Shown: in pieces, positions 1 through 9,074 of the stretch
Position numbering within the stretch: the stretch's first letter is position 1
Layout: each line of letters begins with the position of its first letter
The notes under the pieces: generated by a model
Told to the model about the DNA's origin: nothing
What the model saw: the letters and a program-made list of their open reading frames with translations, nothing else
Database searches by the model: none
Assembly: GCA_903789415.1 (NCBI GenBank)
Contig: CAIFEG010000004.1
Location: 1-64,000 of the forward strand
Source: an uncultured Eggerthellaceae bacterium
GTDB taxonomy: Bacteria > Actinomycetota > Coriobacteriia > Coriobacteriales > Eggerthellaceae
Direction: 5' to 3'
DNA: 64,000 bases
Program-made: the position numbers and the translations under genes

Positions 1-19
1 TCGTTCGGGGAAAAAGAAG

Positions 20-1015
20 GTTGAAGATCTGCCTTCTGACTAGCTGATATACTTATTTAAAGAAGTAATGAAGTGCTGACTTTGTTGAAGATCTGCCTTC
101 TGACTAGCTGATATACTTATCAAACGCGCTGAGAAGCCATATGAGGGGTTGAAGATCTGCCTTCTGACTAGCTGATATACTTAGACGTGGCAAAGACCTA
201 CGCGACGCAAGGTTGAAGATCTGCCTTCTGACTAGCTGATATACTTATCTTGGGTGTGCTGTTCTGAAATGGGGGGTTGAAGATCTGCCTTCTGACTAGC
301 TGATATACTTATTTAGTAGTTGCGGTAGTCTGTTGCTTGGTTGAAGATCTGCCTTCTGACTAGCTGATATACTTATCACGCGATTGGTTTATGCCTCAAA
401 CAGGTTGAAGATCTGCCTTCTGACTAGCTGATATACTTAGTGGCTGCATTGATGGCTGGTTGAATTCGTTGAAGATCTGCCTTCTGACTAGCTGATATAC
501 TTAGATCAAATGCAAGCAAAGATCCCTTTTGGTTGAAGATCTGCCTTCTGACTAGCTGATATACTTATTTGTTCCGTGCGTTTGGTTTGATCTGAGTTGA
601 AGATCTGCCTTCTGACTAGCTGATATACTTAGAATTTAAGGACTAGTTGTCCTTGATATGTTGAAGATCTGCCTTCTGACTAGCTGATATACTTACCTGC
701 ATCGCCTTTTCAACATCGCTATCGTTGAAGATCTGCCTTCTGACTAGCTGATATACTTACAAGAAGTAAATCATCGCCATCGGATTGGTTGAAGATCTGC
801 CTTCTGACTAGCTGATATACTTACGGAACAGATGGCAGGTTAAGAATTTCTGTTGAAGATCTGCCTTCTGACTAGCTGATATACTTAGAAGTACTGCTCT
901 CATGATTGTCAATATGTTGAAGATCTGCCTTCTGACTAGCTGATATACTTAAATAGGTAGGCGCATCGTCTTTCACGTCGTTGAAGATCTGCCTTCTGAC
1001 TAGCTGATATACTTA
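20..1015. CRISPR. CRISPR array: 16 identical 36-bp repeats (GTTGAAGATCTGCCTTCTGACTAGCTGATATACTTA), 15 unique 28-bp spacers, period exactly 64 bp. Bases 1-19 look like a truncated spacer, so the array probably continues upstream of the window.
   Basis: Repeat starts read directly at 20, 84, 148 ... 980. Spacers are all different. The repeat has no strong internal hairpin, which is typical of tracrRNA-dependent systems. Confidence 0.95.
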
Positions 1016-1073
1016 AGCAATTTTTGCTATGCATTGAAAGCGAGTTGCTCGCTTATTTAATAAGCGCTTGTAG

Positions 1074-1104
1074 GTGAGTATATCTGCTGGTCAGAAGCTT
1101 CAAC
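1074..1104. ncRNA. Inverted degenerate copy of the CRISPR repeat (anti-repeat). Candidate tracrRNA anti-repeat or leader-encoded anti-repeat.
   Basis: GTGAGTATATCTGCTGGTCAGAAG/CTTCAAC matches the reverse complement of the repeat (about 25 of 30 positions), with a 6-nt deletion that would produce a bulge in a repeat:anti-repeat duplex. It is flanked by small hairpins at 1016-1070. Confidence 0.35.
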
Positions 1105-1326
1105 AAATGTTTTTGATTAATATTTGATTTTAATCTTTAGTGACGTATAGAATTCAAATATTAATTGAAAGTGAAGAAAAATTTGACTCTTTTTCCTTGT
1201 TTTTGATCCTTCTAAGAAGGGATAAAACAAAAAATTCTTTTAAGAAAACGAGCATTTTTTGACTGATTCCTAATTATTATTGGCCAAAACATAAAATCAG
1301 CACAATTCGAAAAACATAGTAAAGAA

Positions 1327-1354
1327 GAAAGCCGCCTCGCGTGAGACGGCTTTT
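1327..1354 (-). terminator. Rho-independent terminator downstream of the POT transporter gene (minus strand).
   Basis: GC stem GCCGCCTC..GAGACGGC followed by a T-rich run on the minus strand, directly 3' of the CDS that ends at 1423. Confidence 0.5.
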
Positions 1355-1422
1355 CACTTTTCTATGTGAGTGCAACGCGCGTTACACAAAGAAGTGCGCA
1401 GCGTGTGCAGCAGTTGAGTCCT

Positions 1423-3003
1423 TTACTTCACGCCACCCATAAGCTTGTCGATGCGTTTGACGAAGAAGAACATGATGATGCCTGCGATCACGCTCACCAC
1501 GCCAATTGCTAAGAAGTACTGCACTTCGGTAGCCGGTGTATAGAACTGCACGATCTGTGCGTTTACTGCTTGGCCAGCGGAGTCAGCCAAGAACCACATG
1601 CTCATCATCTGAGACTCGAACGCCTTAGGCGCAAGCTTTGTGGTTACCGAAAGACCGATTGGCGAAATCAACATTTCAGCGATCTCGCAGAGGAACCAAG
1701 ACATGACCAGCCATAACGGGCTTACCTGACCATCTGTTCCCCAAAGTGCACCAGGAATTGCCATCCATGCGTACGACAAGCCGGCGAAAATCAAACCGGT
1801 AGCAAATTTGCTTGGTGCCGTAGGCTGATTTTTCCATGTATCCCACAGGTGTACGAAGAACGGGGTCAGGATCATGATGAACAGCGGGTTGAGCGTCTGG
1901 AAGTTTGCAGGATCCAGCGTAATTGGCCCAATGTCCAGAATCGTTCGAGTTTGTGCGAATACCGCAAGAACTGATGATCCAGATTCTTCGATAGCCCAGA
2001 AGATTGCAGCGGCAATAAACAGCGGGACATATGCCCAAACACGGCGGCGTTCTTCATGATTTACCTTTGGAGAACACAGAATCACGATGAAGTAAATGAT
2101 AGGAATTGCAATTGCCACGATAGAACAAATATCAATCACGCGATCGATATTGAGCCATCCGACAACAGCAAGGGTAATCATTACCACAGCAACGATGACT
2201 GCCACGATAACAATGCGGCGAACGATTACGTGAAGTTGATCCTTCTCTAGTGGGTCATTGGGCTTCATACCGATGTTGGATAAGTACTTGCGGCCACCCA
2301 AAACGTATTGGAGCAGGCCGATTGCCATGCCGATTGCAGCAAGACCGAAGCCCGCATGGAAGTTATACGCTTCACCAAATAGTTGAATACCAAAGCCTGA
2401 TGCAGCCCATGGAACTAAGATTGGCGAAATCGCGGCACCGAGGTTAATACCGAAAACGAACAGTGAGAATCCTGAGTCGCGGCGCTTGTCGCCCGGTGCA
2501 TACAAGCCACCAACCATGTCGGAAACATTCGGCTTCAAAAAGCCTGTGCCGATAACCAAGAGTGTGATTGACGCGTATAAAAATCCTTCTGCAGCGCCAA
2601 TAGACATACCTGGCCAGTTAATTGAAAGGCAAATGTGGCCGAACATAATAAGCAGGCCGCCCCAGAAAACGGTGCGCCGACTGCCAAGCAGGCGGTCGGA
2701 TACCCAACCACCTATAACGCCTGATAAATAAACCAGCGATCCGTAGATGGACATGATCGCAAGTGCGGTGGTTTGATCCATCCCCAAGCCGCCTGCGGTG
2801 ACGGCGTAGTAAAGGTAGAAAACCAGGATGGCGCGCATGCCGTAGTAACTGAAACGTTCCCACATCTCTGTGAAGAACAATGTTGAAAGACCATGGGGCT
2901 GGCCAAAAAATGCGGTGTCGTTATTCTTTTTTGGTTTACCTGGATCTTGTTGAATTGGTTTTTGGGCGTCTTCCAAAGTGCCCTCTGAATTTGTACTAGA
3001 CAT
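1423..3003 (-). CDS. Proton-dependent oligopeptide transporter (POT/PTR2 family di/tripeptide permease).
   Basis: 526-aa polytopic membrane protein. PTR2 signature region FYLYYAVTAGGLGMD..GGWVSDRLLG. GGAGA SD before the ATG. Confidence 0.85.
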   Translation of the reverse strand: MSSTNSEGTLEDAQKPIQQDPGKPKKNNDTAFFGQPHGLSTLFFTEMWERFSYYGMRAILVFYLYYAVTAGGLGMDQTTALAIMSIYGSLVYLSGVIGGWVSDRLLGSRRTVFWGGLLIMFGHICLSINWPGMSIGAAEGFLYASITLLVIGTGFLKPNVSDMVGGLYAPGDKRRDSGFSLFVFGINLGAAISPILVPWAASGFGIQLFGEAYNFHAGFGLAAIGMAIGLLQYVLGGRKYLSNIGMKPNDPLEKDQLHVIVRRIVIVAVIVAVVMITLAVVGWLNIDRVIDICSIVAIAIPIIYFIVILCSPKVNHEERRRVWAYVPLFIAAAIFWAIEESGSSVLAVFAQTRTILDIGPITLDPANFQTLNPLFIMILTPFFVHLWDTWKNQPTAPSKFATGLIFAGLSYAWMAIPGALWGTDGQVSPLWLVMSWFLCEIAEMLISPIGLSVTTKLAPKAFESQMMSMWFLADSAGQAVNAQIVQFYTPATEVQYFLAIGVVSVIAGIIMFFFVKRIDKLMGGVK

Positions 3004-3224
3004 AATCTCCCTTTAAAAGGTTACTGAAGCGTTAAGTATATCCCTCTAATGCACTAAAGCGGTTCCGGATGGAAAAATAACGCATAGTTCACGTATTGTA
3101 TGGGTGCATAGATACATGGGAATATACAAAAACCGGAATAGGTGCGGCGAAATAATACGAAAGTGGCGGGATCAGGCCAGGTCATTTATATTTAAATCAG
3201 AACATTTAAGGAGCCCTGAACCAC

Positions 3225-3851
3225 ATGCTGATCAAGTTTCAACAAGCAAAATTTATCGCCTCATATGCTAAAGCCGAACAACTTCCGCCAAGTACATGCC
3301 CCGAAGTTTCGTTTGTTGGGCGCTCAAATGTAGGAAAATCGTCCATCATGAACAAGATTTTCAACCGGAAATCCCTTGTGAAGACGTCGAAATGGCCTGG
3401 CAGCACCCAGCATGTGAACTTTTTTGGTGCAGACGGAATCCGTAATGGCGTACATTTTGTTGACCTGCCCGGATACGGGTTTGCACGCCGCGCTGACAAG
3501 GATAAAGAGCGTTGGCGCGATTTGGTTGAGGGCTATTTCAACCAGGATCGCAATTTTGCATTGTGTGTGGTGCTCATTGATATTCGTCACGATATAAGTC
3601 CGCTTGATATTCAGATGGTGCAGTATCTTGCGGATCGCGAAGTGCCTTTTATGGTGGCGTTTACGAAGGCGGACAAACTATCCGGCAAGGCTGCGATCAA
3701 ACGGCAGGTGCAGGCGCTTGCGGTACAGCTCGGCCGTGCGGGTGCTGGCGACATGGTGTGTATCGCATGCTCGGCGCTGAATGGAGAAGGCGTATCTGAT
3801 CTGCGGTCACTGATTACCGATGCGGTCGAGCAGGCGTATCAGTCCGCTTAG
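3225..3851 (+). CDS. engB: Ribosome biogenesis GTP-binding protein EngB/YihA/YsxC.
   Basis: G1 motif GRSNVGKSS, 208 aa, AAGGAG SD. Confidence 0.85.
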   Translation: MLIKFQQAKFIASYAKAEQLPPSTCPEVSFVGRSNVGKSSIMNKIFNRKSLVKTSKWPGSTQHVNFFGADGIRNGVHFVDLPGYGFARRADKDKERWRDLVEGYFNQDRNFALCVVLIDIRHDISPLDIQMVQYLADREVPFMVAFTKADKLSGKAAIKRQVQALAVQLGRAGAGDMVCIACSALNGEGVSDLRSLITDAVEQAYQSA

Positions 3852-3951
3852 CGGCTGCCAACCATACCCATTCGACAGTTATTTGCGCGTTTAGAAAAAA
3901 GATTTTCTATTTCCTCTTTCATCTAATTGTGATCGCGTTACAATAACGCGC

Positions 3952-5334
3952 ATGACAGAGACACAAACAGACAAAACGTCGACGTTATATGCTTCTTCAG
4001 CAATACAAACTGCTGGAAAAAGTCCTGTTCGCAGGGCCCATAGTACACGGAGCCCGCAAGGTGCAAAAAAGCACTCTTATTCTTTTGTGATTGCCGCCTG
4101 TTGCTTTGCGATGTTATTCGTAAACATGGGGCTTTCAACCACTTCTTTTAATGTTTACCAATCCTATCTTGTCGCGATGCCTGGCGTTGGGGATGCGAAC
4201 GGATCAATTGTTATCGCGGTGCGCATGCTTATCGCGGCAATTGCACTTTTATTTGTTGCACGCTTTTACGAAATCGTTCCTGCGCGGGTGGGTGTTGCGG
4301 TTTCGGTGGCATTTACCGGTGTTGGATTTATTTTTTACGGAATGGCGGCCAACGTTTCGGCAGACGCATCGAGCATGCCACTCTTAATGCTTGGCGCAAT
4401 TGTGTGCGGCGTGGGGTACGCATTCGGCGGCATTGTCCCCATGACGATGCTGATGAATCGATGGTTTTGTCGCGATGTGTCAAGCATTGTTGGTTATGTT
4501 TCTGCAGGTAGTGGGCTTGATGCAGCCGTTATGCCTGTGGTAATTCACTTCTTTATTTCGAACTTCAGTTTGGCTGCGGCGTTTTGGTTCGAGGCGCTTC
4601 TTTCGTTTTTAATCGGCGTGGTTTGCCTGATTTTGATTCGTGATAGGCCAAGTTCGCTGGGCCTCGAGCCGCATCCTCTTACGAAGCGTGGCGGCGGCGA
4701 GCATATCCATAACCACGAGCATCCAATTGCGAACAATCGAAATCTTTCGCCGCGCGCACGGTATGCCATGTATGCCACCGGATTTTTCTCGGGAACGATC
4801 GGCATTTCGGCATTCAGCTATTTAGGCATTTTACTGACGACCGAATCGTTCGATCCAGGCTTTGTCGCAGGGCTGTTGTCTGTCGGAGGAATCTGCATCA
4901 CAGCTTCTAAGATTTTGACGGGACGAATGTTCGCTGCGCTCGGTACACGCAGGGGTTGCACGATTGTTTATGGCTTTCTGATCGTGGGCCTGATCAGCTG
5001 TTCGTTCATGGGACTTCACAGCGTGCTGATTGCCGTGGTCGCAATTATTGCTATGTATATTGGTGGTTCGCTGACTACCGTGGCTATGCCCATGTGGGGT
5101 CTTGAACTGGCACATCCCGGAAGCCAAACGCGCCTGGTAAAGGATCTTCAGGTTTGCTATTCGGCGGGCGGGCTTACGTTTAACCTGCTTCCTGGTTTCT
5201 TGATGCAGATGACGGGCGGGTATGAAATCACGTACGCCATCATTTTGATTTTCGCTGTCGCCTCGCTTGTCATCGTCGATTGGGTTTACAAGAATTATCG
5301 CCAGGCGCCAGGGTTTATCCGTCGGAAGAAATAA
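3952..5334 (+). CDS. MFS-type membrane transporter.
   Basis: 460 aa, about 12 hydrophobic helices with a central hydrophilic loop. Confidence 0.55.
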   Translation: MTETQTDKTSTLYASSAIQTAGKSPVRRAHSTRSPQGAKKHSYSFVIAACCFAMLFVNMGLSTTSFNVYQSYLVAMPGVGDANGSIVIAVRMLIAAIALLFVARFYEIVPARVGVAVSVAFTGVGFIFYGMAANVSADASSMPLLMLGAIVCGVGYAFGGIVPMTMLMNRWFCRDVSSIVGYVSAGSGLDAAVMPVVIHFFISNFSLAAAFWFEALLSFLIGVVCLILIRDRPSSLGLEPHPLTKRGGGEHIHNHEHPIANNRNLSPRARYAMYATGFFSGTIGISAFSYLGILLTTESFDPGFVAGLLSVGGICITASKILTGRMFAALGTRRGCTIVYGFLIVGLISCSFMGLHSVLIAVVAIIAMYIGGSLTTVAMPMWGLELAHPGSQTRLVKDLQVCYSAGGLTFNLLPGFLMQMTGGYEITYAIILIFAVASLVIVDWVYKNYRQAPGFIRRKK

Positions 5335-5481
5335 CCGAGAGACATCACGACACCTGAACCTCAATTGTGGAGATCAAATTCACACTCCTTGTAACATCGT
5401 TGTAACAAGAAAAAATGCGTGCGTGACACTATATATGGATGCGATCAGGCTGGTCGCATTTGTATAAAAGAAAGGTCCGTC

Positions 5482-6963
5482 ATGCCAAGCGAGAAAACAA
5501 CGTCAACTGTGTCCGCATCATCTGCGTCAGGCACTCCTGCATCGAATAGTGCAGGTGCGCCGAAACGCGAGCAATTTGCATCTCGTCTTGGCTTTATTTT
5601 AATTTCTGCAGGTTGCGCCATCGGGCTTGGGAATGTCTGGCGTTTTCCGTATATCACGGGCGAATATGGCGGCGCGGCATTCGTCATTATCTATCTGTTG
5701 TTCCTGGTTATCCTGGGACTTCCGGTTATGGTGATGGAATTTTCTGTTGGCCGTGCATCACAAAAAAGTTCCGCGCTGGCGGTCGATGTACTTCAGCCGA
5801 GCCGCCGTTGGCACTGGTTTACCTGGTGGGGTTTCATCGGATGCATCGTTTTGATGATGTTCTATACCGTGGTCTGTGGATGGATGCTCGACTATATCTT
5901 TAAGATGGCCACTGGAGCATTCAACGGGGCAGATTCAGCGGCGGTCACCGGCGTGTTTGCCGAAATGCTCGCAAATCCTGGCGAAATGATTTTCTGGACG
6001 CTCGTTGTGGTGGCTCTGGGTTACATCATCGTTGCGATGGGCTTGCAGAAGGGCGTTGAGCGCATCACTAAAGTGATGATGGTGTGCCTGCTTTTGGTTA
6101 TGGTTTTGCTGGCGATTCGTTCGGTGACACTTCCGGGTGCAGGTGAAGGTCTGGCATTCTATCTGCTCCCCGACTTTTCTCGCTTGTTTGCAGGCGATAC
6201 ACTCGGTGCGCAGATGACTACCTTTGCCGATGCGGTCTATGCGGCAATGGGGCAAGCGTTCTTCACTCTTTCGCTGGGTATTTCTGCAATGGAAATTTTC
6301 GGAAGCTATATCGGCAAAGACCGTTCGCTCAATGGTGAAGCGGCGCGTATTTGCGGGCTGGATACGTTTGTTGCGTTTGTTGCAGGTCTAATTATTTTCC
6401 CTGCGTGCGCGGCGTTTTCTGTAAGCCCTGATCAGGGCCCGTCCTTGGTGTTTGTGACGCTTCCAAGCGTGTTCAACCAGATGCCGCTTGGTCAGCTGTG
6501 GGGCGCACTCTTCTTCGTGTTCATGAGCTTCGCAGCACTTTCGACAATTATTGCCGTGTTTGAAAATCTTGCCGGCTGGTCCATGGACAAATGGGGCCAT
6601 TCTCGTAAATATTGCATTCGCCGTGTGGCGATTTTGATCGCGGTTTTGAGCATGCCCTGCGTACTGGGATACAACCTGTGGGCAGGCGTGAGCATTCCTG
6701 GCATCGGCGACATTCAATCACTTGAAGACTTCGTTGTTTCCAATAACCTGCTGCCTATCGGATCGCTTATTTACGTTCTTTTCTGCGTGAAGAAAAGCGG
6801 CTGGGGCTGGGACAACTTCATTGCTGAGGCCAATGCGGGTAAAGGTTTGCGATTCCCCGTGAAAGCACGTGGTTGGGTTACGTATGGCATTCCAGCGCTG
6901 ATCATCATTATTTTGATTATGGGCTATATACCGAAATTCGCTGTGTGGTTGGGGCTTGCGTAA
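5482..6963 (+). CDS. Neurotransmitter:sodium symporter (NSS/SNF) family transporter.
   Basis: NSS N-terminal signature GFILISAGCAIGLGNVWRFPY. The start at ATG 5482 (SD AAAGAAAGG) is preferred over the ORF-track start at 5419. Confidence 0.8.
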   Translation: MPSEKTTSTVSASSASGTPASNSAGAPKREQFASRLGFILISAGCAIGLGNVWRFPYITGEYGGAAFVIIYLLFLVILGLPVMVMEFSVGRASQKSSALAVDVLQPSRRWHWFTWWGFIGCIVLMMFYTVVCGWMLDYIFKMATGAFNGADSAAVTGVFAEMLANPGEMIFWTLVVVALGYIIVAMGLQKGVERITKVMMVCLLLVMVLLAIRSVTLPGAGEGLAFYLLPDFSRLFAGDTLGAQMTTFADAVYAAMGQAFFTLSLGISAMEIFGSYIGKDRSLNGEAARICGLDTFVAFVAGLIIFPACAAFSVSPDQGPSLVFVTLPSVFNQMPLGQLWGALFFVFMSFAALSTIIAVFENLAGWSMDKWGHSRKYCIRRVAILIAVLSMPCVLGYNLWAGVSIPGIGDIQSLEDFVVSNNLLPIGSLIYVLFCVKKSGWGWDNFIAEANAGKGLRFPVKARGWVTYGIPALIIIILIMGYIPKFAVWLGLA

Positions 6964-6998
6964 TAGATAGCAAGACGGGTAATAGATAGCAAGACGGG
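6961..6998. repeat. 19-bp perfect tandem duplication (TAATAGATAGCAAGACGGG x2) overlapping the stop codon of the NSS gene.
   Basis: Read directly from the sequence. Confidence 0.8.
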
Positions 6999-7094
6999 CC
7001 ATGTTTCGATAGAATTGGAACAAAACTTAGATAGTTCAAACCAAGATAGTTATTACTTACCTAATTACCTTGCTGTGTGAAAAGGAGTTTTATC

Positions 7095-8237
7095 ATGCCG
7101 AACAATGGTCCACAGCCTCCCCAAGGGTATCCACAATCTCCGCAGGGGAACAATCAAGGCAACAATCAACAACCAGCTCAGGGTGGAAATCCACAGCAGC
7201 CGCAACAGCCGCAGCAGCCCCAGGGATACAACCAGCAGGCATCCCAGCAGGGATATGGCCAGCAGCAAGCGGGCTATCAACAACAAGGTCCGCAAGCGTA
7301 TCAGCAGCCACCACAGGGAGGTCCACAACGGCCTCAAGGAACGCCGCAAGCACCGCGGGGGTATGCTGACAACGCAAGAAATATTGCAGAAAAGCGCGCG
7401 TTCCATATCAACGGATATGCTGGATTGATTCTGGTCATCGTGGTAATTTTCTTTGCCTTGGGACTGTTGGTTCGTCCGTATACCAGCTTCTTGGGCGTCA
7501 TTCTTATCATAGTTGCGCTTATCTTTGGGAGCTCACTTACTACCATTCAGCCAAACCAAGCGAAAGTACTCACGTTTTTCGGCACCTATGTGGGAACCAT
7601 TCGTGAGGCCGGTCTTTTCATGACCATTCCGCTGACCCACAAGCAGACAGTTTCGCTTCGTGTGCGCAACTTCGCCAGTGATGTTTTGAAGGTCAACGAC
7701 GAAAAGGGTAACCCAGTCGAGATTGCCGCTGTGGTTGTGTATCGCGTGGTTGATACGGCGCGTGCGATCTTCGGTGTGGATAGATATCTGGAATTCGTGC
7801 GTGTTCAAAGTGAATCTGCAATTCGTCACGTGGCAAGCGAATATCCGTACGATACGTTCAGCGACGAGAATGTAGTCACCCTTCGCGGAAATGCGACGGA
7901 AGTTTCAAGCCGTCTGACCGAGGAGCTGCAAGAGCGCATGAATGTTGCCGGCATCCAGATTATTGAGACTCGTCTGGCACACCTTGCGTATGCAACTGAA
8001 ATTGCGGGTGCAATGCTTCAGCGTCAGCAATCCACTGCTATTCTTGCGGCGAAAAAGGTCATCGTCGATGGTGCTGTTGAGATTACCGAAGGCGCCATCA
8101 GGCAGCTCACTAAAGACACGGGACTTGAGTTGACGAGCGCGCAACAGATGCAGATCGTGAATAACATCATGGTCGCTATTATCAGTGAACGCGGAGCGCA
8201 GCCGGTTATTAATACGAGCGTCCAATCTACCGAGTAG
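7095..8237 (+). CDS. SPFH/band-7 (stomatin-prohibitin) domain membrane protein with a ~100-aa Q/P/G/Y-rich low-complexity N-terminus.
   Basis: SPFH core (IQPNQAKVLTFFG..VRNFASDVLKVNDEKGNPVEIAAVVVYRV). AAAGGAG SD lies 7 nt before ATG 7095. The ORF-track GTG at 7077 overlaps this SD. Confidence 0.8.
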   Translation: MPNNGPQPPQGYPQSPQGNNQGNNQQPAQGGNPQQPQQPQQPQGYNQQASQQGYGQQQAGYQQQGPQAYQQPPQGGPQRPQGTPQAPRGYADNARNIAEKRAFHINGYAGLILVIVVIFFALGLLVRPYTSFLGVILIIVALIFGSSLTTIQPNQAKVLTFFGTYVGTIREAGLFMTIPLTHKQTVSLRVRNFASDVLKVNDEKGNPVEIAAVVVYRVVDTARAIFGVDRYLEFVRVQSESAIRHVASEYPYDTFSDENVVTLRGNATEVSSRLTEELQERMNVAGIQIIETRLAHLAYATEIAGAMLQRQQSTAILAAKKVIVDGAVEITEGAIRQLTKDTGLELTSAQQMQIVNNIMVAIISERGAQPVINTSVQSTE

Positions 8238-8252
8238 ATGTAGGCGGCGGTC

Positions 8253-9074
8253 ATGGTGGAAGAAAATCTCCATCGTGAAAGTTCTCGCGCGCAGCTTGAG
8301 GCGTACTATGCGTCGCTTTCGCGCGAAGATGACGTCGTGTCGCGCTGTGTGATGTGGCTTCCCACGGGCGCAGATGGCATGGCATTACGCGGGAAGACTG
8401 TGCTTGATGTTGCATGTCGCAAGGGCAAAGGCGTCTATGAAATTGCCGAAGACGTGGGACCAAATGGCCACGCGCTCGGACTTGACTGGAATAGCGATTT
8501 TATAGACGCTGCTCGCGCAGGGCAGGCGCATGCGATGGCGAAGATGCCGTGGGTGTGCGGCGCCGGTGGTGCTGGGCGAACGAGTGAAGCCACCGCGCAA
8601 GCAAGTGGATCCGATACGCGGTCACGTATGACTGCTGCAAAAAATCTCATGCAATTTTTTGTGGGGTTTCCCGAAGATTTAGTTGGCGCAGGGATTCCAG
8701 AGCACGGCGTTGACCTGGTATTTGTCAACACGGCTGCAAGCATGTTCTTTGACGCGCAGCGTGCCTATACCCAAATTGCACGCGTGCTTCGTGATGGTGG
8801 GCATCTACATCACGAGATGGTGTGCGTTGATGCCGCAGGTGAGCAGCAGGAAATGTCACCGACGCAAAGTTCGGATGAGTCGCGGAACTCGCTTCCCGCA
8901 TCGCTTGTTCATGCGCCAACAAAAGAAGACTTCATCGACCGAATTTCTTCAGCCGGATTTTCTTGCATCCAGGTCGTTTCAGAAGAGCCTCTTCAGCTTC
9001 CAGACACACCCATTTCAAAGGACGCTTCAGACAGATTTATCGATCTTGTTATAGATGCGGAAGTGCATCAATAG
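8253..9074 (+). CDS. Class I SAM-dependent methyltransferase.
   Basis: Motif I-like VLDVACRKGKG, and motif post-I/II-like LVFVNTAASMF. Confidence 0.5.
   Translation: MVEENLHRESSRAQLEAYYASLSREDDVVSRCVMWLPTGADGMALRGKTVLDVACRKGKGVYEIAEDVGPNGHALGLDWNSDFIDAARAGQAHAMAKMPWVCGAGGAGRTSEATAQASGSDTRSRMTAAKNLMQFFVGFPEDLVGAGIPEHGVDLVFVNTAASMFFDAQRAYTQIARVLRDGGHLHHEMVCVDAAGEQQEMSPTQSSDESRNSLPASLVHAPTKEDFIDRISSAGFSCIQVVSEEPLQLPDTPISKDASDRFIDLVIDAEVHQ

Noticed and set aside
1105-1422. Possible small cas gene or leader-encoded protein after the CRISPR array.
   Set aside because: There is no ORF of meaningful length. The region is AT-rich, structured, non-coding DNA that ends in the terminator of the POT gene.
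7065-7428. Several overlapping ORFs on both strands (A/P/R-rich) across the 5' end of the SPFH gene.
   Set aside because: They are artefacts of the GC-rich CAG/CCG repeat DNA that encodes the Q/P-rich tail of the SPFH protein.
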